Source of the DNA: Paraspadella gotoi
Lineage: Eukaryota > Animalia > Chaetognatha
Direction of reading: 5' to 3'
Assembly: GCA_051294375.1 (NCBI GenBank)
Contig: CM119264.1
Coordinates: 26,975,659-27,039,658 of the forward strand
DNA: 64,000 nt
A program made the position numbers and the translations under genes. The notes below the pieces were generated by a model. That model saw nothing but the letters and a program-made list of their open reading frames with translations, searched no databases and was not told the origin of the DNA. Every line of letters begins with the position of its first letter. Position 1 is the stretch's first letter. Shown one piece after another: positions 1-13,609 of this stretch.

Positions 1-218
1 GTTGATTGGTATAAATAATCCGATAAAAAAAATATTTTTAGTGAAAAAGAGTTTGGAACTTTCCTTTATTAAATATTTTTAATATGATATTAGCTGAACA
101 AATTCAGCCTTAAATATCTGTAGGGATAGGAGTCAACCATTTTTAACCTAAATCAAATTAAAATAAATAGGGAAACTAGAGAAAAATAATATTTTAAAAG
201 TAAGGAAAAAGCTGTTGA

Positions 219-259
<41 letters not shown>

Positions 260-858
260 TGATAACTTACTTAAGGTTATTTTTAAAGCTTTTTTACATC
301 TAAGTTTTTTCCTTATGGCATTTCCTGTTGAAGCAGACTCTTACAATTATATTAAAACTAATTTTTTTATTTTTGTCATAGAATTACTTTTTGATTTTAA
401 GATAATTTAAAAAAATTAATTGTTTTTAGTATTTATTATTAAAATGTTATATTTGGCAATAATTAAAATTTTTTTATAAAAAAGTAAAGTAAATTTATTG
501 CTAACCCTTTTGTTTAATTTTATTATGATTTTATTACTTCTATGAAATTGGTACAACCAATATAAAAATTATCCATACATTTAATAAATCTATTACAATC
601 AGAAAAAGAAGTGTTATCAACTCTAACCTTTGAAAATAACTTTTTCCTAATTCCATTTTGAGACTCTGATTTTAAAGTCTTGCTATATTCTACTGCCTAA
701 ACCAATTCTAATTTTTCTTGAACCAATCGATAGCTTTTTACTATACTTTATATATATATTTTTTAAAAATTAAAATAAGTGGTGTATTTAAAGCTAACTA
801 GTGGCTACTTTTTTGCGCCGCAGTGTAATTTCTTTATTTCTAATTTTATGATTTTCAG

Positions 859-1247
859 CCGGCATCGGAATGCTCCCAAAATGGGAAGAATATCTACCGC
901 CAGGAGGATTTAGCGAAGCCCTCTTTCCCGGACAAGCGGCATATCAGTCTTGGGGCATCCCTGATCCCTCCAAAGGATTTGCTCAACTGGCCATTGATGC
1001 CGGTTTTAAAGTACACTTCGTTGTCAACGATGTCTTTAGCCACGTCTATCAAGATGAGGAAGAGTTGGACCAAACTTTTAAGTTGTTGACATCGAGTTTG
1101 ATAAGAAAAATTCCTGAAGAGAAAATTAATGAATTTGTTAAAGATTTTGTGAGAGAATTTGAGAGAGTTTGTCCTCGGGATGAAAATGATGGAGGGAAGT
1201 TAAAGTTGAACATGGGAGTGATCGTCATTGTGGGTCAAAAGCTTTGA
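859..1247 (+). CDS. Terminal exon of SAM-dependent methyltransferase paralog 1 (JHAMT-like); upstream exons lie outside the window
   Basis: Acceptor ttttcag|CC at 857-858; open frame GIGMLPKWEEYLPPGG...MGVIVIVGQKL*; colinear paralog of exon 3748-4139, whose gene carries SAM motif I; AATAAA near 1514. Confidence 0.8.
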
Positions 1248-2654
1248 TGTTACCTCAACATTTAACATTTATTCACTTTTTTCTCCTTTGTAAATCATTT
1301 ACCCACTGAAATTGTACAGTTTTTCTTTCCTTTTTTTAAATTTTTCTTCCATTTATTTAACTTTTTCCTTACTGGGAGGATTTGTTTCTTACTTTCTCTA
1401 TTATGAGCATTTTCCCTTTACTTTCTATAGAAAATTGCTTTTCTGTCTGCACCGACTAAATCTTCACTTGCATTGCTTTATACAAAATAACAAATTTTAC
1501 TTGTTTTAATCTTAATAAACCAGATGGCTGTACAAACAAAATAGTATTTTTAAAAACAATGGTAATAAAATTTAGTTTAAGTATATCTTATTTTCTACTA
1601 AAGGGCTCTACAAAAAAGAAGCTTTTTGTAAGATAAAGAAACATTCAAAATAAACTTTATCTGCACCCACTAGATCCTTACTTGCACCTGATCTTTAACA
1701 AAATAAAAAAATTTTGTTAACTTTTTTTTAAATTCTTTAAAAAAATTGTTTTTAAATTTTTATAAGAATTTTTTTATTCAATCTTATTTAATTCCATTTT
1801 CTATTATATGTATTGATCTAAGCATTTTAATCATATATAATATATCAAAACAAAAATAATATTATTTTAATTTATAAAATATTTTTGCAAGTAGCAAAAT
1901 GTTATTAATAGGGACTAACTCTGGAGATAATATAAAATTTCGATTATTAGCAAAGTTTTTTTAGTTGTTTTGACTAAATATTTAAGTAATCATTTAAAAA
2001 AAAATTATATTATACGTCTTGATTAATACATTAAATATTATTTGTATTTTTTTATATTATAAAAATTTTTTTTTTAAATGTGAAATTTTTTTGATGGAGT
2101 CTGATAGAGCATAAAAAGTTAGACAAGAAATATAATTACAGCTTTTAAAAATTCTTATGTTTTTAAAGTGAAAATATAAAAAACTGTTAAATTCATTGAA
2201 AGATGATAACAATTTTTTATGGTTTTTATTATTTTTGACTCACTTATCATAAAAATATTTTTTTAAAAACTATACGTCTTAAAATTTAAAAATTATCCAA
2301 AAAAAATTTGGGTTTTATTATCTATAAATATTAAAAAATTAATTATTTGGGTATAGAGCCAGTTTTGTACATTGAATGTATACTTAAAAATGTATAAATT
2401 TTTGTTTGAGCATGTAATCATTTTAAATTTTGGACTCGCCCCATTGAATGGGACTACCCTTATTATTAGTGCCGCAGTAACAGTTCAGTTTAAGCCCTTG
2501 AAAGTGATTAACATGTATTGGCGCAGCCACTGGTTTTCTATATTCTGTGGGAAAATAAAATATATATATAATTATATATATAAAAGTTAAACTGCTTTTA
2601 AATTAATATTTTTTCTTGGATTTTTAGTTGGTACTTTATCGCTTTACGGTTAAA

Positions 2655-4139
2655 ATGTCATTAGAAATGTTGCCCGATGTTTCCCGTGTCCCTTTGGAGA
2701 GGGAGTTTTCGACGAGAGCTTGGAAGATGATTTCTCCTTCGCTACAAAATTCGATGAAGAAGCCTTTTGAGCGCGTGATTGACTTTGGTTGTGGCACAGG
2801 AGAAACGACCTATGTACTCGCTGAATGGATTCGAGAGCTTAATCATAAATGTGGGCTAGAACGGTGAGCTCAAACCAAAAGAAATTTGTCTTAGCAGATT
2901 TTAAAACAAAATGCTTTTCCATCGTGTAGCCTTATTTTTAAAAATTGTCATCATGGCATCCGTCGAAAATGTATTTTATATTAGCAGATTTTGTGATGGC
3001 TATGCTTAATGTCTTTTTAATTTCCAGTGCAAAAACTATCTGATTACTGGCTTTGATATTTCCCTGGTAAAAACTTTATTTTTGCCAAAATATTTTACGG
3101 TTCATCGACAAAAAGTTTCGGAAGTTCGAATTTGAATTTCAAAACTTTTGCGACATTGCTGTGATCGATCGACTCTGGATCCCAAAGTGCGAATCAGCCT
3201 GATGGACTTCGGCTGACAGTTTTCTTGGCCGTTATTGGGTGTAGATCAGAACACGAGTTTTTGAGAATAGGAAATTATCATTACTGTTTTTAAAACCCGG
3301 TGGCATATTGTTGGCATTTATTGTCAACGGCGGATTTGCTGGTGTTCAGGGAATGGTATGTTCAAAATAAAGCTTTTGTCACATAATGCGTAAAATCTAA
3401 TAAAAACGTATTTTGATTCTTTAAAAACTAGCAAATAACGAAGTTGAAAGAAAAATCCTACCTTGAAAATGGTTCCTCAAACATTACGGCCCCAGTGACA
3501 CTTTGGGTCACGCAGCAGGATTTAACAATAAAATTTCATTTTTTTGGTAACAAAAAGGCAAATTAACAAATTTTATTTGTAAATTTTTGAATAGTATTCT
3601 GTAAAACCATTAAATAATTACCTCATAAACCAATTAATCAATAATTAAACAAATAAACGTTAATTTCTTTCTTTATTTCCATTAGAACTTATAATGTTTT
3701 TTGAGCTTGTATTGTTAAGTAACTTGATGAAAGCTCTTCTATTTCAGTCAGTATCGGAATTGTCTCCAAATGGAGCTCCTACCTTCCGCCCGGTGGCATG
3801 AGTCAAGATCTATTCAAAGGCCAGGCGGCCTATCACCCTTGGGGTCTTCCAGATCCCGCAAAGGGTTTCGCCGAGTTGGCCGTCAACGCCGGGTTCCGTG
3901 TCCTCGACGCCCGTAACGACGTCTTTGTTAGAGTCTACGAAAACGAGGCAGAGATGGCGCGAACTGTCAAATTGTTGGCATCGAGTTTAAAGAAGAAAAT
4001 TCCTGACGAAAAGTTGGACGAATTCGCTTCTGATTTTGTGAATGAATTTAAGAGACTCGATCTTTGTGAAGAAATTGAGGGAGAAAAGAAATTAAAAGTT
4101 GACATGGGAGTCATCGTCATTGTGGGTCAGAAAGTTTGA
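2655..4139 (+). CDS. Class I SAM-dependent methyltransferase paralog 2 (JHAMT-like), 3 exons: 2655-2863, 3028-3355, 3748-4139; exon 2 is frameshifted in this assembly
   Basis: Exon 1 has VIDFGCGTG (motif I) and a gtgag donor. Exon 2 (tttccag acceptor, gtatg donor) encodes ITGFDIS and LKPGG. Exon 3 (atttcag acceptor) is open to TGA and matches 859-1247. Indels in exon 2 may be sequencing error or true pseudogenisation. Confidence 0.75.
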
Positions 4140-4719
4140 TTTGGGAGTCATTGTGGGTCCATAAGTTCGGTACAAAAGTGTATAATTTTTGCGAATGATA
4201 ATTTTAAATGTTTAATGTTTATTTATGTGGTTTTTTTGTTATTATTATTTTGTTTTGCTTTTATTGGGAAAGGGGTGAATGATTTGTTTAAAATAGAAAT
4301 TTTGTATTGTATTGTAACTCCTGAGCTTAATGCTGGTTATCTTCTTTAGCTCAGTTCACAACGATTAAGAATTAAATTTTAAAAGAAGTAAGTTTAAACT
4401 CAACTAGAACTAAAAATAGACTTAACTTATTTCTTCTCTCTCCCTTCCTTCTCTAAATTCCTTTCTCTCCCTTCCTTCCTTTCCTTTCCTTCCTTTCCCT
4501 TCTTTCCTTCTTTCCCCTCTCCCTTCTCTCTCCTTCCCATTCCCTTCCTCGTTTCCCTTCGAAAAATTTTCAACCAAATTTACGATTTGTTTTTTTTTTT
4601 TCAACTCGAAAAAAAAAAAATCTCCCTTTTTTTTTCTTTCCTTTTTTTTTCGGTCGCCGAATCACAACAACTCATCAAACGAGGGAAACACCTTATTATT
4701 ATTTTCGACGCTTTTATCG

Positions 4720-5115
4720 GCGCCGATTGTTGTCCGCGTCGGCGTTGGCATCGGCGTCGGCGGCGTCATGGTCGTTTTCGTCGTTAAAGTCCGTCGTCAT
4801 CTGTCGTCGTTCATCGTCGTCGTCAATCGTTGGTGTCGCCGTCGTCATCATTCGTCATATGACCTTGGTCATCGTCATGGTCGTCGTCGTCGTTCATTTG
4901 TCGTCACTGGTCGTCCATCGTCCATGGTCCGTCGTGTCATCGTGTCCGTCGTCTTTGTCATGGTCATTGTTGTCGAAATCATCGCTATCCTCGTCGTTGT
5001 AGATATGGTCGTCGACAGCGTTATGTCATTAAAACATTATCGTCGTAGTCATCATCATCGNNNNNNNNNNCGTCGTCATCGTCTTCGTCATATTTATCGT
5101 CGTCGTCGTCATCAT
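4720..5115. repeat. Degenerate (GTC/CGT)n trinucleotide low-complexity tract
   Basis: Dense cgtcgt/cgtcat units; gives spurious poly-R/V/S ORFs. Confidence 0.85.
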
Positions 5116-5457
5116 CCTCTTGGCGGTTCTCCTCTCAATTCGACTCAGCGCCTCCATTGTGATCGAGATTACATTCAGTCTTGATATTTTTATTCCCGAC
5201 CGATAAGATTTAATGTGTTTATTTTTTTTCACGATGTATATATTTCCGCTGTGATTCAATACATTTAACCCGATTCTTCCAAGAAAAAAAATTTTCCCTT
5301 TTTTTATTCATTCATTTGTACGGAGCATTAGTTTTACAATGGATTTGCAATTGATTTGCGATATATTTATTTATTTATATATATTTGTGTTGATGCACTG
5401 GATTCGCTACACTGTAGCGGTAGTATTTCATACCCTGCTACTCGTCCGAGAATCAGC

Positions 5458-5604
5458 AGCACCTATGGCGCCGGAGGTAGCACGAGCTCCTCCCAACCCA
5501 AAGGACTCGGGTTCGCGCCCTGCTGATTCACACAAGTAAAAGCGGGACGGGGCGTCTAATCCACCTGTAGTGTCGGACTACAGCCCGATCCGAAGTTCGG
5601 GACC
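5458..5604 (+). mobile_element. tRNA-derived SINE-like element (copy 1)
   Basis: A-box-like TGGCGCCGGAGG and B-box-like GGTTCGCGCCC. Shares ctcccaacccaaagg, gggacgggg, cctgta and gcccgat.cgaag.tcggg blocks with the reverse complement of 34119-34264. Confidence 0.65.
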
Positions 5605-7183
5605 TTGTGTGCACCGGACGGTTAACTGCTCGCGGCATCGTCTTCCACAACACGTCTAATTTTCCCATTGCATTGCATTCTTTTTATGATTCCTTTCTAA
5701 TTCTATGCATTTTTAATTATTTTTAACTTTCTTACCCAATCGACTTTCCCTATTTGTTCACTGACGGCCTAACTCTTCTTTCTCTCCTCCTTTCGGTTTG
5801 ATTCAATAACCGAAACAGCCCCCCCCCNNNNNNNNNNNNNNNNNNNNNNNNNNNNNNNNNNNNNNNNNNNNNNNNNNNNNNNNNNNNNNNNNTTTTCCTC
5901 TCTCCCATTGCTTTGATCTCTCTCACTCTATTCGTTGTTTTTTTTTGTTTCTTTTGTTTTTGTTTTGGTTTTCGTCGCCGACCGGCGGCGAAGGGTGAAA
6001 ATAGAAAGAGTAAATATTTTCTCGTCGTCGTCGTNNNNNNNNNNNNNNNNNNNNNNNNNNNNNNNNNNNNNNNNNNNNNNNNNNNNNNNNNNNNNNNNNN
6101 NNNNNNNNNNNNNNNNNNNNNNNNNNNNNNNNNNNNNNNNNNNNNNNNNNNNNNNNNNNNNNNNNNNNNNNNNNNNNNNNNNNNNNNNNNNNNNNNNNNN
6201 NNNNNNNNNNNNNNNNNNNNNNNNNNNNNNNNNNNNNNNNNNNNNNNNNNNNNNNNNNNNNNNNNNNNNNNNNNNNNNNNNNNNNNNNNNNNNNNNNNNN
6301 NNNNNNNNNNNNNNNNNNNNNNNNNNNNNNNNNNNNNNNNNNNNNNNNNNNNNNCCCCGTCCTTTTTGTTTTGTTAGTCTTTTCTTTTTATTCTGAGTTT
6401 TTTTCTTATTTTTTTTCTTCTTGAGAATTCTCGACCATGTCAATTGCCATGGAACGTTCTGTATAAAGCCTGTCGCCACAACCTCCTGTAACTGGAATCC
6501 GTAATTAACAATTGACTGAAAAATTGACTAAAAAATTAATCTGTAGACATCGTTGCATTTAAAAATCAAATTTTATAATTCGACTCTAGAAAAGCAACGG
6601 AGAAAGAGGGGTAAGTGAAAAGAAAAGTGTGAGTGTTTGGTAAGGCTTTTTGCTTCATCCTGTTCTGGCTGCTTCGAAAGACTATTAAAATAAATCGCCT
6701 CTCTCTGCTCTCCACAAATGAAGAGAGTGANNNNNNNNNNNNNNNNNNNNNNNNNNNNNNNNNNNNNNNNNNNNNNNNNNNNNNNNNNNNNNNNNNNNNN
6801 NNNNNNNNNNNNNNNNNNNNNNNNNNNNNNNNNNNNNNNNNNNNNNNNNNNNNNNNNNNNNNNNNNNNNNNNNNNNNNNNNNNNNNNNNNNNNNNNNNNN
6901 GGGTGGTTCTTCCTATTCCAGCAATAGAGATGGCGAGGTTTGATTACTCAGTTATGACAGCGAAATGGAAGAGGAGTTTTCTTCTTTTGGGGCGGGAGGA
7001 GAAGGAGGAGGAGGAGGAGGAGGAGGAAGGAAAAAAAGACAGAAAGAAATGAATGAGGGAGTTAAGGGTGAGGAAGGACCAGCGGAGAAAGTGACATGGT
7101 AAGTTGAGATAGAGTAAGATTTCCTGCGGGACAATCAAACTGGTGAGTTCCATCCAAGTCGGGATGAGTAACGAAAAGCTCAC

Positions 7184-7500
7184 CATTGGCCAGAATTGTT
7201 GGGACTCATTGTGGTCTTTACGTCATGTATACCCCTGCTGTTATGTCAAGTAGGTTATGACAGACACTCTGTGATTCGTCTCTGAAAAAAACGGGTCTCA
7301 TTGAGTGAATAGTGAAATCTTTGTGGCCGCCAATGTCGTTGGAACGTTGATCAGTGGAACGTTGCAGCGGAGCCCGGTCGGTCGGGGACCAAAGGGGTCA
7401 CCGATATGTGAGATTGAAAGGGTCATCCGACCAGAAATCCCTCGTCGATCCCTTGACCCCCTCGACACTTGCGGACGATCGCGGCTTCGATTCCATTTTA
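7184..7500 (-). CDS. Putative frameshift-damaged exon of a Ras-like/Roc GTPase domain
   Basis: Minus strand reads DIGGHKDFTIHSMRPVFFRDESQSVC (DxxG G3-like motif at 7323-7337). With small indels it continues ...ITYDIT; gtgagc donor at 7183. No G1 motif found. Confidence 0.3.
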
Positions 7501-7535
7501 TTGCCATCGATATTTTTTTTTAGTTTAGTTTTTAT

Positions 7536-7656
<121 letters not shown>

Positions 7657-10600
7657 AAAGAGGAAGAAATCACTGGAGCTTCGAGATAAGAACACGAGAT
7701 AAAGTGAAGTGACTGCAACTTTGAGATTTTTTCGGAGGAGGAGGAAGAGGAGGAGGAAGGCAAATAGAGGCGGAGGAGGAGGAGGAGGGATGAAAAGATA
7801 GAATTCCGAGGAAGAAAAAANNNNNNNNNNNNNNNNNNNNNNNNNATCTCTTTCTCCTCTATCTCTTCTCTCTCTCTCTCTCTCATTCTGTCTCGTCTCT
7901 CATCTCTCCTCTCTTCTCGTCTCTTCTCTCTCTTTCTTTCTTTACTCTATCTCTCTTCTCTCTCCTATCTTCTCTCTCTCTCTCTTCTTTCCTTTCTTTC
8001 TTCCTTCCCTTTTCTCTCCCTCTCTCTCTCTCTCCCTCTCTCTCACTCTCCTCATCTCTATCCTCGCCCCCATCGGTTTGTGCGTTTTGGCACTTTTTTT
8101 TTCCGTTTCTCATTCCCAATCTATTTCCTCAATCCTCTTCATTTTTCTTCCTCCGATTCTATCTTTTCAATCCCTCCTCCTCTATCACGTAGCACGCGCC
8201 GGAACTACCCCACGCACTCTCCCGCAGAAAATGAGGTAGCGAGCGACGAACACGCCATATGATGACACTAGGTTCAGCTACGGCTCTATCCACTCGACAG
8301 CAACAGATACGCAAACACTAGATGTTGTGCTCACTTATAGATCTGTCACTAGAGTTGCAAACGCCACAGTATAGAATATTCTCTGATCTTTTGCCCGAGT
8401 TTATTGTTCCGAGATCGTGTTCAGATCTTTTCAGTACATATGTATATCTTGTACAGACTACATGCAGCGAGAGTGCATGCATCTATTCGCAGCCTCTGCC
8501 TCCATCCGGACTCGAGAGTGAGCGCGCAGTCTGCCTACCGCAATGTCCCTCCGTGCCATGGCAGCGACGCCTTTTACCAATCAGCATTCCTCGAGCTTAT
8601 CGAACTCACTGTCTATCATAGGATCTGGGCCTTGACTATATTTTCGAACACCTACCTAATATTCTAGGACGCTTACCCACATACTAATCCCTTTCATTTT
8701 AAGCGATCATGATTAATCTGTACCAGTCCTGCATCTAACTGCGCGTTCCACTTACTTTACATATTGCCAACCACCCCTCACCTCTCTCTCCCTTCTAGTC
8801 TGCGTTGGCTGCCTGCTCAATCCCATGTCCAGCGACGCGCCTTAAGCCCCCTAGCCTCCCTGCCCCATGCGGGAGACTTCATCATTCATTTACTTAAGAG
8901 AAACGTCGCCCTAGGCGATCCCAGTTCTGTATCTTACTTACTATATATTATCCTCGACGCGCACATTTCTCATCTCCACGCTTTCTACGTGCTCACTTGG
9001 AGAGGCAGACATTGAGATATAGATAGTCATAGAAGCAGTACCGTGAGCGAGCAGAGATACACAAGAGACGAGTGAGGGAGACGAGAGAGAGAGAGAAGAA
9101 GAGACGAGAAGAGTAGATGTAGCACGAGAAGAGAGAAACGATGTAGTAGTGCAAGAGAGAGAGAGTCAAAGTTGATATGAACAGCCTCGGTAGAATCGAT
9201 AGCTTTTCTTTCTTCACATCAGTTTGGATTCCCACCACCTCTCCTTTTGAACTGACATACGATTTAGTACATAAAGGCAGAAAATTGAAAGACAGTTTAA
9301 ATTAAAATAAATAATCTAGGAACTACGATTCTGAAAAGAAACCCATTTCTCTCTCCTAGTGATTTACTCACTTTTCCCTCTCCTCCCTCGTATTACACTG
9401 GTGCAGGAAAAGTTTCCAAAATTGTACTGTTTTCTGAATCTCTCCATTTCACATCTTCCTTCATCCTCAGACCTATCGCATTTCTCTAGCCATGAATGAA
9501 CTGCAGTTATACTCACAAAATTCGTTATAAAGATGCACATTGGTCCAATAAACAATTCAAATTCTACCTGTAGGGTCCTTAGACAATCATATTACATATT
9601 GCTTAACAAGAATTATGTCCGAATCCATTCAAATCTATTTATTGAATACTAATCATAGTAGTATTCAATATAACCTAATCAAACTCGCTATGGCAACATA
9701 CTCTTTTTGTTTAAAATATTTGTAAAAGCGATCGACTTTTTCTCCCTCTCTTCTCACATAAATATTTTTTTAAAAAATTTTCGAGAAAATTTAAATGCAC
9801 ACACAATAAAAAGAATCAAAAACAATGAATGATGATGAATGATAAATGGTGAATGAAAAGACGGGGATGGTCGCCGTGCCAACTGAACAGAACGGCAAGC
9901 TTTCAAACTTTTTCGTCGAGGCAAACAAGGCGTCAGAATTCGACACTTCGACTGTCTTCTACTGCTGCGCCGGCTGCTCTGTTCTGAATAGCTATGCCAG
10001 TTTCTGGCCGCCAGCGCGCGGCGTTTCCCGAGACGGAAAAAAGGCTCCCAGCGCCATCGACGGAGAATCGACCCAGAGGACGAGAACTAAATGACGGACA
10101 ATGGCAAGTAGGCGGTTGTCTCTGAGCGCGCGGCGCCGGCTGAGAGACGGCACGCAGGTCCAACAGCGCGGGACAGACGGGGCGCGCGTTAGACGCCGCC
10201 GCACGCCGCCGCCGCAGCCCGCCGTGCCGACACCGACAGTGCGCGGAGGTTTGAATGATTGATTCGACAAAATGGCGCGACGACACCGAAAGGCAAATGG
10301 CGGAGGCGGCAGGGATAATGGGAGAAGGGGAGGGTCAGAGGTGGGGATAATTGTCGGGAGTAAAAGAATTAAAGGGGGTACGAGAGATCGGCCTGGAGGA
10401 AAGGAAATGCAAGGGGAGAGAGTGCGCGGAATATAAAAAGTACCCCCTCGAAAAAAAATGTGTTTAAAATGTGAAGAGCAACGGAATATTTTTGGTAAAA
10501 ACGCGCGGAAGCCGTAAACAACTTCCCGAAGGGTTGACCGAGTCCTTTCTTCGTTGAGAGACGCGTGTTTTTCTTCGGAGAAGGTAGGGCGGGAAATTTA

Positions 10601-11968
10601 AAAGTGGGTCATGATTGTGAAAGAACTTTACAACGAAATATTCATCCGAGTATTCATCCTTAAAATATTGACAGCAAAGCATCGAGATTAAATAGTAGTT
10701 TTTATCAGTCCTATCAGACACGAGAATTTAACCATCGCCTATCTCCCCTCCTTTAAACTACTTTTATTAACGATTAATATCGTTTTATCGTCTTTTTAGA
10801 TTTCCTTAATTTATCCCTTTCCTCTCATGCCATGCATGCGCTCGACCCCCTCTGGCTTTGAGGTTTTATCTTCTGCTATCAATGCGACGCAGTCAAAGCC
10901 AAATTTAATTTCACAACGGTTAATCCCTGAATACCGATACCATTCATATTGACCAAACAAATAATCTTTTGATTAAATATTGGATTATACTTTCAATATT
11001 TAGCGACTTTAAATTTAGTCGGGCAAGAGCAGAGGTCACGCGTAGAGCAAGGAGGACCGGTAGAGGTCGCCTTTGTTTTCGGTGCCCAGGCGTTTATATT
11101 TTCATTAGTTGCTCCGCGTTTGCCTTCTTTCCCAAGTTCGCGAACTTACCGTTGGTTTCGGAAGATGGTCGATTAAATCGCCGGATTGACTTTTGAAAAA
11201 ATTTGCCAAATTACTCGTTTCACTATTTTTACCTATTTTTATATTTTATGAAGGATTTAGTAATTTAATCCTATATTATTTTAAACAATATATGTTTGCT
11301 TTCTTTCTTAAAATTACTTAAATTTGTGTTTAGCGACCCGAGGTCTCGGTCGATGCACGCTAAAAAAACGAACCCGGCGCACGATGCTTCGGTCGTCCAA
11401 GTCCACTTGCTTCAACTTGCTTGAGGCGGATCGACGACGCAAATAGTTTTTTTTGTTTTTTCTTTGAAAGTTTAATAAAGAGTTTTAAAAGGGCTCTACT
11501 TTAATTAATGATCAGAAGAATATAGATTATTCCAAACAAACAAACCAAACAGTAAATTCACCAAAAATCATTATATTAAACAAGTAAACGAGAACGACGT
11601 AAGGCAGCGAATGATGAAATGATCCCTAACGATAAGTACTTGTGACGAAGTGTCAAAGTCCCAAACTCGATCTCTCAGCGATTCACGAATTCACGAAGAC
11701 TTCGGTTCTTAAACACTTGGCCAGACGATTCAATTTTTTTAAAACTCTTAAATTACGTACCCAAGTCGAGATTTCTTCGTCATTATCAACTATGCGGCAT
11801 TTTGACGAATACCAATCCAGTCTATATATCTGAGACGCCCCGAATATTGTCCTCTAAAACAGGTTTAGTGCTGAGTCCTGCAAAACGCGTTTTTCTCTCG
11901 GATCTCTCAGTTGGCTCTTTTTCGCTTTTTCTTCGGTATTTCTTTCATTTTACGTTTCGGGTCCAAAA

Positions 11969-12200
11969 ATGTCATCAAGAAATGGTCTCGCCCGATGTTT
12001 CCCCCAGCGTCCTGCTTTGGAGAGGATGTTTTCGAACGAGAGCTTGAAAGATGATGTCGTCGGTCCGCTAGAAAATTCGATGCAATGAAGCAATTTTGCA
12101 GCGTGATTGACTTTGGTGTGGCCGCGACGGCAGGAGAAACGACCTATAAACTCGCTGGATTGATTCGGCAGATCTTAATCACAAACGTGGGCTAGAAATG
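11969..12200 (+). pseudogene. Indel-riddled copy of methyltransferase exon 1 (third paralog or noisy read copy); no downstream exons nearby
   Basis: Colinear with 2655-2863: aaaATGTCA start, gtgattgactttggtg, ggagaaacgacctat, gtgggctagaaatg|gtgagctcaaa. Many single-base insertions. Confidence 0.7.
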
Positions 12201-13308
12201 GTGAGCTCAAAACAAATAAGAGAGAGAGAAAGAGTGAGATAGAGAGAGAGCGGGATACCCCGTTATCAAACGGAATGACAAATGAAGAGAAAGCACATTT
12301 GGGCACTTAAATGGTGAGCGGCAGAGACGCCTCCGCCGGAAGAGACCGTTGGGGAAGATGTGTTTGTTGGTGGAAGATCTCCATTGCGGTTGATTGAGTT
12401 GATGGAGATGTTGATGGAATTGTTTGTGCTGTTGGGTTTAGAGGCATTCGAGAAATTGGCGATATAAATAGAAACAAACCCAAGATAGAAGATGGGAGAA
12501 AATAAATCAGTAATTATATTACTAAAATTACATAAGACGATTTTGATCTCAGCGGCGAGGAAAATCGGAAAAAAAAATATTTAAAAAAAGCGGAATATCA
12601 TGTTACGTATTTGAGATTAGACTTAATACAGTTTACTACTGATTATATTTTTGATATTTCGCCATTGGCCACTATAAATAATCTATGAAAATCACCTTCC
12701 AACATGCTCTGACTCACCACGCGCCGTATGAAAATCACCCACCTTTCTCCCTTAAAATCACCAGGGACCCAATTCACCTACCTCATTCCTCAAACTCACC
12801 CCGCACCCGAAAATCGCCTCCTCTTCCAGATGTCAAGCCAAATAAAACTGAAGGACGAGATGTGGTCGAAAAAATCCCTTCCGAGGGAGAGAGAGAGAGA
12901 GATTAGAAGAGAGAGTAGAGAGAGAGAGATGAGAGAGACGAGAGAGATGAGAGATGAAGAGAGAGAGAGAAGAGGAGAGAGAGAGAGACCAGGACAGTGA
13001 GAGTGAAAGGTACTCGAGTTCCGTTGGTTTTTCAATTCTCGGTTCGGAGAAAAATTGACTAGGTAAATTCAAATTTAGAACTTATTTAAAACTAATCGTT
13101 TAATCTTCTTATTGTCGTAATTGTCAAATTGTCTTTTTTTATTTCAGAAAAAAAAAAAAAACACAAAAAAAAAAACAGAAAAAAAACAAAAAGAAAAAAT
13201 TATATTATTACAACAGTTCCTAAAACTTATGCTCTCGGTTAAATTTCTGCAGTCTACCTGCAAATTCTCATCTTCGCTTAATTAGGGTAGAATCTTTTTC
13301 CTTGACGA

Positions 13309-13388
<80 letters not shown>

Positions 13389-13609
13389 CGATTTCTCTTC
13401 CAACATTTTTCTGTTACCCTTCAAAGGCATCTTTCTCACCCAGCTTCCTGGGAAGATAGATGAGATGGAGAAGAGAGGAGAGAGAGAGAGAGAGTGAAGA
13501 GAGGAGAGAGAGACTGAGATGATGAGAGAGAGAGACGAGAGATGAGAGAGAGAGAGAGAGACATGAAGAGGAGAGAGAGAGACGACGAGAGAGAGGAGAG
13601 AGATGAAGA

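Noticed and set aside
5913-6479. ORFs spanning N gaps (also 6633-7052, 14835-15203, 23700-24848)
   Set aside because: Their length comes from X residues and is not evidence of coding.
9846-10300. GC-rich block with LRDNRLLAIV...LGAFF..RET, reminiscent of class C GPCR (GABA-B) helices
   Set aside because: Motif spacing is far too short and there is no consistent frame or splice sites; left unassigned.
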